Virus record (IMG/VR): IMGVR_UViG_3300037264_001603
Location: 13,321-77,320 of that record
Length of the DNA: 64,000 nucleotides
Strand: one strand, 5' to 3'
DNA from: a virus
Shown: in pieces, positions 56,544 to 64,000 of the stretch
How the letters are laid out: each line of letters opens with the position of its first letter
How positions within the stretch are numbered: the first letter of the stretch is position 1
Notes under the pieces: generated by a model
Told to the model about the DNA's origin: nothing
What the model saw: only the letters and a program-made list of their open reading frames with translations
Databases searched by the model: none
Position numbers and translations under genes: made by a program

Positions 56544-59500
56544 GTGGTAGAAGAGAACTTCAAAATTGGTATAGAGCTAGAAGTTGACCAAAAAAGTCTA
56601 GCAGATATAACCAAACAAGTTGAACAGGCCGTAAAAGCTGGCTATCAAGGGGCTATCGGTCGGGCCGCCGCAAGCGGTCCGGCTGCTCCTCCTGCCGTCG
56701 CGGGAGGAACAGCTACAGCTAGAAGTATTCGGGAGGCGACCAGGGTAACCTCCGGAGATTTTACTGAGGCCGTGACGAAGCTCGCGAGGGAGAACCACGT
56801 AGTAGCGTCGCGATTTGACGACGCCGCAGCCGGTGTAGTTCAAGCATTAAGCAAACTTACGAAGGCTATTGAAAGCCGTGCAAGCGCCCAAACCGCTAGC
56901 GTGGCTAAAGCTGCAGCTGATGCTACCAGTAAGATTGTAGAGCAGCAGGTAGGGCCTTCTAACAAGAATCTAGCTAGAGATATTCAAAGAGGACGCCGCG
57001 AGGCAGGCCGCCAGGAAGAGGGCCTGTCTCAGCGGCGCTCTGATTTGAAGACCGGAACATCAAGGGATAGACCTAATGCCGGCGCATCTGCTCAGAGAGG
57101 AGTGGAAGCTAGGACCGACCCCCCAAAGGGACGGGCCATTCACCCCCTCGAACGACACGCAGAGGCGCAGGCTAAAGCTGTTGCTATCAGCCTAGATAGG
57201 CTCGGAAAGACCATTACTAGTTTGGGTAAGCTGGGTGAAATTCCCGGTCTACTCAAAAAGATTGGCCTACCTACTGGCGCGGATGTAAAAGTAGGTGAGG
57301 GTGCCTCTGTTCAAATCAAGACCCTTTCTGGTGAAGCAAAGACGGTTACCAGCTCTCTCCAAATTGTAGGTAGTAAGCTTACTCAGTTTAGTGATATTGT
57401 CACTAGGAGAGTAAACGATCTTCTGGCCGCTCCAGAATTTACTAGTCGTCTACAGAAAGCGGAACTCGCCGGTCGACGCGACCCAGAGCGTGCCATCGCT
57501 ATGCTCCGTAAGGAGCTTAAGGGTGTGCTGAATCTACCCATAGCCAAACTGGGTGGCGCGCAGGCGTATGAGAAGGCCGGGGAAGCTGTCCTAAACATTG
57601 ACTTCTCTGGTAATCCAGAACTTCAGGAGCGCTTAGTCCAACTAAAGGACGAAGCTGCCCAAATCTCTCTTTTGAATCGTGAACTTTGGGAAATGAACGA
57701 AGTTCTTGCCGAGCTACGAAAGAGGGGCGGGGAAGTCATTGGTTCGGTTGGCTTAAGTGAAGAGTCTGCGGCTAAGGCTAAGATCATCAAGGGAGAAGGT
57801 GGCGTCCCCATGGCCGCCGAGCTGCCCGTGCAGATTCGAGATTTGGCCGGTATGATTATGGGCGGTAAGGGTGCCATGCGTTGGGCTCGTTCTTTCCAGC
57901 CCCAGCAGGGACGTCAGATGGTGGAAGGTGAACGTCCTCGCATTATGGGTAAGGGTGAAGCTCAGGCCTATGAGACGGGTATGTACCGCGAGAATATGAC
58001 TCGCTCAATCAAGACGGCGTATGTTGACGCTCGTCAAGTACCCGAAGCGCACGAAGACATGATTTTGTTGGATAAGAAAGTCGCTGATAAGATGTCCACA
58101 TGGGAGCCTCAGATTACTGATGCCCTGAAGACTTTGGCCCACGATCTCCAAAAAGGACAGCAGCTAATTCATGGCCAGGTCTTGGGATACGATGTAGAGG
58201 GACAAGAGATCAAGTTCGATCTCAAGGGTGTACAAGCCGAAGTAGAGGGAGTTGAGGAAGTTGTAGAGAACGGTATAGAGGGCGTGCGCATCCGATTCAA
58301 GGAACTCTATAAGATGGCCACGGGTAGTAAGATGACTACCACGGCTGGTTTCAAGGGTGTCGTTCGCGTTGTCGAGGATTTGACTAAGTTCGGTGCTCCT
58401 AAGGGAGCCGAAGCAGCTATCACTGGTTTTGGAGCTGCGAAGCGTGGTGTTCTTTCTGACCCCATGAAGATGATGGCTTCTGAGATTTCCAAAATGGCAG
58501 GAGAAGGCGTTTCTCCACAAGAAGTAGCAGATAAGATTGAACAGGGTATGCGAGAAGGCGGACAAGACCTTGTTCAGGCAGTAGAGGCCGCGGCCCAGAT
58601 GGTTGGTGTTAAGGGCTTCAAGGCGGAAACTGCAGGTATGATAGGCGATATGCCGTGGGAGAGATTGAAGGAACCCAGGGTTCCCGGCCCGGCGGCAATT
58701 GGTACGAAGTATTACGATCTGCCGGCCATGAAAGCCCTTGGTATGCGGGCGGATACGTCCAAGATGATCGAGGATATGCAGGCCCGCATGTCCGAAGTAA
58801 CTGCTAAGAATTCCGAGTTCGTGGCTACTCTTAAGGCTTTAGCCGGAGAAACGGATGTAGCGGCTGAAAATCTACGCACTATGCTGCCGGAGGAGTTCAA
58901 GAGACTTCCTCCGGGAGTGGGCGCTATAGAGACATTTGCTGACACCATCTTGGATCCTAGATTCAAGGAGGCGTTAGCTATTCGTTTGCCCTCCCGCAGC
59001 GGCGAGGAGCGACTCCTCCGCATGCCCGGCATTGGTGGTGGCCTGGGTGCCCGCGGCTCATTTGAGACCTCTCTCGGAGCCAAAGGTCCGGATCCCCTCA
59101 CAAGAATGTTTGATAAGATGATTCAGACGGCACGGGATATTAGAGTGGCGGAAGGTAAGGCAAGCCCGGATCTTGCAGCTGATAGCGAGACAGCGAGCAA
59201 TGCCGCTCACGCTACGGCTAGGGCTATAAAAGATCAAGTTGATGCCTTGGAGAAACTCAACCTCAAGAGTGAGGCTGGCGCTGCTGCTGCAGACAAGTTT
59301 GTTAATGGACTATTGCCACTTATTGAAGCTCTAAATACTAAGCTAACCGATCCTATTCAGTTCTTTAAGATGAAAGGCGGCGAGCGCGTAGGAGAGACGC
59401 CTGTCACCACGGCACGTGCCGGTTCGGATGCCGCTGGATTTATCCGTGGGGCACCTACCGCCGAACGACGATTGTATGGGTTACAGGACGTATTGACGGG

Positions 59501-62500
59501 TAGAACAGCACGTAAGTCTCAGAAGTCAGAGAATGTTCCCACTATGGGCGAGCTGTTCAAGAATGCTCCATTGCTACAAAAGGTTATGGAACAACTAGGA
59601 GTTACTCTACAAGCAGACGCCGCGGCGGCCGATAAATTGTATTCCCGCTTAGAGAAACTGGAAGATGGTCTGGTTAGTGCGTACAGCATGTTGACTTTTG
59701 CTACCGAGGGTGGGGGTAAGCCTAGTTCCGCGATGAAGACCCCATTCTCAGGACAAGTAGGTACTGGTTTGGCTATGACCCACCGGGAATTGACGGCGAT
59801 TCAAATGCGAACCGATGTCGATGAAGAGTTAGGGGCAGTTCATGATAGATTACAACAATTAGCTGCTGCCGGACAAGATGTCAACGCCGCAATGGCTGCT
59901 TTGGATAGATTGGCTAACTTACAAGGAAATGTAGCCAAGATTCCACGCGACGCAGTATTTATCAATAAGACGGATTGGGCCAATCTTGTAAAGGCCACTA
60001 TGAAGGAAAAGGGCATTGATCAGGGAGAGGCTGAACGAAGGTTGTCTCGTCCCGGACTTTTGCATCGTTATCCTACGACAGGCGGCGCTAGCTTCTTAGC
60101 TACTCGCCCGCAGGTTGATCCCACTGGTACCATTCCGGAAGGTAAGATCGGCGTGGCTGGACCAATGGCGGCGTCTCCGGAAGATTTGGCAACCATGTTG
60201 AAGCCTTTGCGCGAGCACGAGCAGGAACTATACCGTGTAATAGAGGCCGAACGTGGTCAGGGCGCGGCCTCTGATGCTGCCCGTGTTCAATTGGAGTCCC
60301 TAGTTCCTGTACTCCAAAGGCTACAGCAGCTTTACTTGGCTGTAGGCCTAAATTTGGACTTTGACGGGGATAAGATCAGCTGGCTAGCTAACATGTCTAA
60401 AGAGGCAGGTTCCGGCATAGAAACTTTCACTCAGAAGATTGATAAGGGCGGGGTTAGCTTCCAGCAAATGATGCTGAATATTATGGGTAAGGTCAAGGGC
60501 GGGGCAACTGGAAATCTCAAGGAATACTCCGAGCTGTTCGGGCAGGTAGCCAAGGGTAGATCTGGTGACCTCCGCCGTTCCGTTCTCATGCCAGAAACGG
60601 GAGCCACTGCTCAGTTCGAGACCCAGGCGCACATTGGTGGTAAGAAGTCGGTGGGTCTTCTTACCGATGCATTCAACAAGATCATGGTATCCATTTCGGT
60701 AGGTACCAAGGAAGTAGGTGATTCCTTCGCTACCGGTATGGACTACATCATGATGAACATCAATAAGTCCCTTGCTCAAAAGAGCGGCGGCGCAGGTATC
60801 GCTGGACCTAAGGAGTTTTTGGACGACCTCAAGGCTGGAAGTCTAGAGAAGATCTCCCAGGGCATGCGCTCCGGAAAGGGCGGCCTCTATGAGGAAATGG
60901 GTGAGTATAACAAGCAGATGCGCAACCAGATGCGCGAATCCTTTACTAGCACGTTCTTCCGAAAGGGAGCAGGCGGGCTACAAGATGTTGCTAAGGCCGA
61001 AGGAATAGCTGGAGAGCTACCTAAGGACATCACTTTTGAGAACTTCCGTTCTGTTGTTGATCAGATGGTAGATTCTTTGGACCTAGAGGCACAAATTACT
61101 CGTATGTTCCAAATGATGAAGAAGAACATGGTAACAGCATTGGCCAAGCAGGGCATGGGGATGCCGGAAATAGAAACTGCTATGGGAAAGATGTTTACTC
61201 CAGGAAAGGGAGGCAAGATCCCAGGACTCGATGTGGATCAGCTATTGGGCCAATTGGCTCCAGAATACCTCATGACCAGGCGAAAGCAAGTCAAGGGTCT
61301 GCGAGAAGAAGCATCCCCGATGGCGAAGGCGCAAGAGGCTTTGAAGATTCTGGCCAGAAACGTAGCAGAACAAGTAGCAACCACTTCTGACGAATTCAAC
61401 CTGGAAGAAACGGTAGACCCGCGCGCCCAGGCCAGAGAGATTTCTCAGAAGCTATTGGCGTGGTATCAGAGCATCAAAGACAGTTTCTCTGTGGTAATGC
61501 GACAGGAAGATTTTGGCAAACTAACCGGAGGTAAGTACCCGGAGAAGGTTGTTGGTAGGATTGGAGGCATGCACAAGCCTGAGGCTGGTGGCCCCGGCGA
61601 AATCTTCATGAGCTTTCAGAACAGGATTAAGCCATTCATGGAAGCGGTAAAGAAACTGAAAGAGATCGGGGAAGGAGCACCTGCTACTGCCGAGGGAGTT
61701 CAGAAACTTGCCAAAGACATTAAGGCTTTCGGTGCAACTCTAAGCCACGAGAAGATTCACCAGGCCAATAAGATTTGGACAGACGCCATTGACGGACTTG
61801 TCCGCAGTCTGCAATCTAAGCGAACCTTCATTGGTAAGGAATCTGACAAGATTCTAGCCGCCCTGCTGCCGAAAGCTAACATTGCGGCCTTGTCTAAAGA
61901 TGCGGATAGGTGGAAGAAGGTATCCGAAGAGGTCGGAGACCCTGAACTTCCTGAGTTAAAAGGTGCCGCCAAGAAACTCTTCACTCAATTGGCCGAAGAG
62001 CTTATGGCATACCAGGCCGACCCTGCCGCATTCAAGAAGATGATGGAAGGCGCAGACGTATCGGAAAGAGCCATCCGAAAGCTCTCCGAAGCATTGAACA
62101 CCCTGGTAAAAGATGCTTCGCGGGCGACCGGGGCAACAGTAGATAAGGACATCCTGGGCGCGTCCCGCACTGCCGGTGAGGCCTCCTCCGAAGTCATGAG
62201 TCTATCCCAAAGCATTGGGCAGCTGTGCGCCACTACTAGCGACGCAACGCAAGATATGAAGAAGCTAGGCGACGCCATGGGGGCCAGCTTCGCAGGTATT
62301 TTCCAGTCCATGAATGAGAAGTTGACTCAGCAAGAAGCTGCGGTTATGCAGGGAACTGGAATGCTGGGATTGCCCTCAGTCGCTCGAAAGGGAGGCAAGC
62401 TAGAGTTTGGCGAGGACATTGGTAAGTTGGGGGTAGAGACGCAACTACCAATCCTTACAGATAAGATCAAGAGTATTATGGAAGCAGCCCGATCTGGCTT

Positions 62501-64000
62501 CCCCGATGTCGGAACGCTAGCCACCGCTGAACGTGAACTCAATAATGCAGCTAACGATCTCCGCGCGGGGGTTTCTCAACTAGAGAAGGATAGGGAGAGT
62601 GGCATAGGACGAGGTACTGGGCACAAGGTGTTCCAGAAGGTTTGGCGAGAATTCCACCAGGCTGTTTCTTTGAGCATGATTAACAAGGCACGAGGCCTTC
62701 AACGAGAAATTTCGGAGATGAAGTCCACTGGTGCGGACGTCAAAGATCCCGGTAAATTGAGGGATCTGCTCAACGAACTAAACCAAACCGTCATTCAGCA
62801 TGAGGAATATTTGGCTAGGTCTCTCAAGTCCCGCGGCCGCGGTCGAGGCACTATGACTAGCCACATCGCCACTGCCGGCGGTGAACTGGTTCCTGCAGCG
62901 GTTGAGTCTGGAATTAGACCATCTCAGGAAATGCTGGACGCACAACTATCTTCCATTGCTGGATACGGCAAGGAAGGCAAGACATTCATGACCCAAATGG
63001 GTGGAGCTATCGAATTTGCTGTTTCGGAAATGAAGCAGGGCAAAGACATTACTGAGGCTTGGGTGGGCCTATTCTCCGCTCTCAAAGAGCAGCCGGAGTT
63101 GTTCCACACCAACTTGGTAAAGGTTGCTGAAATGCTTTCCCGTATCGCTACCCACTTGGGGACCTTTGGTGGCAAGTTTGCTGATACATCCACCAGCATG
63201 ATGGAAATGGTGAAGCACGCCAAGGCGCTCGGCCGCGCTACCGAAGGTAAGATCATCAAGAACGCAGGAGATTTGAATGAGGCCCTTACAGGGGCACCAA
63301 AGCAGGCTAAGATGGCGGCCGCCGTTGGCGGTGGTACCAGTTTGGCGGAATCCGTCAAGACCCAGTACGCAGAGGCAGAGGCTGCCGCTAAGAGTTATCA
63401 ACAACGCCTACAATCCCTGGTAAACGACCAAGAAGCATTTGCCAAGGCTGGTAGACCCAAGGTATTTGCACCAATCACTAAGGACATTATCGACCCAAGC
63501 ACGGGCAAGGTTCTGCAGCAAGTTAGAATCGAAGCTAAGAGATCCGGAGATACTGTTACTACCAGCATGAAGAATGCTACCGGTGCGGCTAATCTCTTTG
63601 GTAATCAGATGCGCAGCGCTCTCCGACGTGTTGTTCAGTGGGGATTTGCATCAGGTGCCATTTACGGATTGATCCGAGGCTTCCGTGCTCTATCCGACAC
63701 CGTTGTTACCGTACAGAATAAGATGGCCGAACTTCAGAAGGTTATGGATACTTCCATTACTGACTTTGGGCGTTTGCAGACTACAGCGGTGAACATGGCC
63801 AAGAACTTCGGTGTGGCTATCGAAGATGTGTTGGATGGTATGGTGGTATATGGTCAGCAAGGTTTGAAGATGAATCAGATTACTGAGAGAACCAAGGCTA
63901 CCCTGTTGGCTGTTAATACCACTACTCTAGATACTACCGAAGCGACGGAAGCCCTCACCGCGGCGCATAAGGTATTTTCTGATGAGATTGGTACCAGTAT
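56544..64000 (+). CDS. giant tape-measure polyprotein with two-barrel RNA polymerase motifs and zincin domain (3' partial, at least 2485 aa)
   Basis: GGAGG then GTG at 56544; no stop to the window end; HED (58050), GSKMTTTAGFKGVV (58323), HRYP (60063), NLDFDGD (60351), HEKIH (61746), TP901-like TMP core from ~63600. Confidence 0.85.
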   Translation, partial: MVEENFKIGIELEVDQKSLADITKQVEQAVKAGYQGAIGRAAASGPAAPPAVAGGTATARSIREATRVTSGDFTEAVTKLARENHVVASRFDDAAAGVVQALSKLTKAIESRASAQTASVAKAAADATSKIVEQQVGPSNKNLARDIQRGRREAGRQEEGLSQRRSDLKTGTSRDRPNAGASAQRGVEARTDPPKGRAIHPLERHAEAQAKAVAISLDRLGKTITSLGKLGEIPGLLKKIGLPTGADVKVGEGASVQIKTLSGEAKTVTSSLQIVGSKLTQFSDIVTRRVNDLLAAPEFTSRLQKAELAGRRDPERAIAMLRKELKGVLNLPIAKLGGAQAYEKAGEAVLNIDFSGNPELQERLVQLKDEAAQISLLNRELWEMNEVLAELRKRGGEVIGSVGLSEESAAKAKIIKGEGGVPMAAELPVQIRDLAGMIMGGKGAMRWARSFQPQQGRQMVEGERPRIMGKGEAQAYETGMYRENMTRSIKTAYVDARQVPEAHEDMILLDKKVADKMSTWEPQITDALKTLAHDLQKGQQLIHGQVLGYDVEGQEIKFDLKGVQAEVEGVEEVVENGIEGVRIRFKELYKMATGSKMTTTAGFKGVVRVVEDLTKFGAPKGAEAAITGFGAAKRGVLSDPMKMMASEISKMAGEGVSPQEVADKIEQGMREGGQDLVQAVEAAAQMVGVKGFKAETAGMIGDMPWERLKEPRVPGPAAIGTKYYDLPAMKALGMRADTSKMIEDMQARMSEVTAKNSEFVATLKALAGETDVAAENLRTMLPEEFKRLPPGVGAIETFADTILDPRFKEALAIRLPSRSGEERLLRMPGIGGGLGARGSFETSLGAKGPDPLTRMFDKMIQTARDIRVAEGKASPDLAADSETASNAAHATARAIKDQVDALEKLNLKSEAGAAAADKFVNGLLPLIEALNTKLTDPIQFFKMKGGERVGETPVTTARAGSDAAGFIRGAPTAERRLYGLQDVLTGRTARKSQKSENVPTMGELFKNAPLLQKVMEQLGVTLQADAAAADKLYSRLEKLEDGLVSAYSMLTFATEGGGKPSSAMKTPFSGQVGTGLAMTHRELTAIQMRTDVDEELGAVHDRLQQLAAAGQDVNAAMAALDRLANLQGNVAKIPRDAVFINKTDWANLVKATMKEKGIDQGEAERRLSRPGLLHRYPTTGGASFLATRPQVDPTGTIPEGKIGVAGPMAASPEDLATMLKPLREHEQELYRVIEAERGQGAASDAARVQLESLVPVLQRLQQLYLAVGLNLDFDGDKISWLANMSKEAGSGIETFTQKIDKGGVSFQQMMLNIMGKVKGGATGNLKEYSELFGQVAKGRSGDLRRSVLMPETGATAQFETQAHIGGKKSVGLLTDAFNKIMVSISVGTKEVGDSFATGMDYIMMNINKSLAQKSGGAGIAGPKEFLDDLKAGSLEKISQGMRSGKGGLYEEMGEYNKQMRNQMRESFTSTFFRKGAGGLQDVAKAEGIAGELPKDITFENFRSVVDQMVDSLDLEAQITRMFQMMKKNMVTALAKQGMGMPEIETAMGKMFTPGKGGKIPGLDVDQLLGQLAPEYLMTRRKQVKGLREEASPMAKAQEALKILARNVAEQVATTSDEFNLEETVDPRAQAREISQKLLAWYQSIKDSFSVVMRQEDFGKLTGGKYPEKVVGRIGGMHKPEAGGPGEIFMSFQNRIKPFMEAVKKLKEIGEGAPATAEGVQKLAKDIKAFGATLSHEKIHQANKIWTDAIDGLVRSLQSKRTFIGKESDKILAALLPKANIAALSKDADRWKKVSEEVGDPELPELKGAAKKLFTQLAEELMAYQADPAAFKKMMEGADVSERAIRKLSEALNTLVKDASRATGATVDKDILGASRTAGEASSEVMSLSQSIGQLCATTSDATQDMKKLGDAMGASFAGIFQSMNEKLTQQEAAVMQGTGMLGLPSVARKGGKLEFGEDIGKLGVETQLPILTDKIKSIMEAARSGFPDVGTLATAERELNNAANDLRAGVSQLEKDRESGIGRGTGHKVFQKVWREFHQAVSLSMINKARGLQREISEMKSTGADVKDPGKLRDLLNELNQTVIQHEEYLARSLKSRGRGRGTMTSHIATAGGELVPAAVESGIRPSQEMLDAQLSSIAGYGKEGKTFMTQMGGAIEFAVSEMKQGKDITEAWVGLFSALKEQPELFHTNLVKVAEMLSRIATHLGTFGGKFADTSTSMMEMVKHAKALGRATEGKIIKNAGDLNEALTGAPKQAKMAAAVGGGTSLAESVKTQYAEAEAAAKSYQQRLQSLVNDQEAFAKAGRPKVFAPITKDIIDPSTGKVLQQVRIEAKRSGDTVTTSMKNATGAANLFGNQMRSALRRVVQWGFASGAIYGLIRGFRALSDTVVTVQNKMAELQKVMDTSITDFGRLQTTAVNMAKNFGVAIEDVLDGMVVYGQQGLKMNQITERTKATLLAVNTTTLDTTEATEALTAAHKVFSDEIGTS

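Noticed and set aside
60-63404. Numerous minus-strand and nested ORFs in the track
   Set aside because: They overlap well-supported + strand genes and show no motifs; those beyond 56.5 kb are shadows of the giant ORF.
1-64000. Stop-codon reassignment, common in large phages
   Set aside because: TAA, TAG and TGA all end genes at sensible boundaries, and conserved enzymes are full length.
1-64000. tRNA genes, CRISPR arrays, IS elements, DGR, introns or inteins in thyA and terL
   Set aside because: No cloverleaf, spaced direct repeats, transposase or RT motifs were found by eye; thyA and terL are uninterrupted and of normal size.

Overview
A 64-kb, co-oriented (+ strand), densely packed segment of a large tailed dsDNA phage, probably siphovirus-like and well over 100 kb, using the standard genetic code. 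The left part (1-35 kb) mixes nucleotide-metabolism and host-like auxiliary genes (HAD nucleotidase, NDT, IMPDH/GMPR, two dUTPases, MazG, thyA, folA, dNMP kinase, Map, CSP, M16 peptidase, patatin, FAD oxidoreductase, GNAT, NusG), a volactin-like actin and Thr/Ser/Gly-rich fibre/LamG virion genes. The right part (35.4-64 kb) is the morphogenesis operon: terminases, portal, Cys-repeat protein, prohead protease, scaffold, capsid, neck, major tail protein and chaperones. The main finding is an ORF absent from the ORF track because it has no stop in the window (56544 to >64000, at least 2485 aa). It sits in the tape-measure position and ends in a TP901-type tape-measure core. Its N-terminal half carries the catalytic motifs of a single-chain two-barrel RNA polymerase (HED, GSKMTTTAGFKGVV, HRYP, NLDFDGD), followed by an HExxH zincin, so it is a candidate injected RNAP-protease-tape-measure polyprotein. 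Two head-module genes also end in A-AAA-AAA slippery sites with open -1 extensions. All assignments come from manual motif recognition; no database searches were run.
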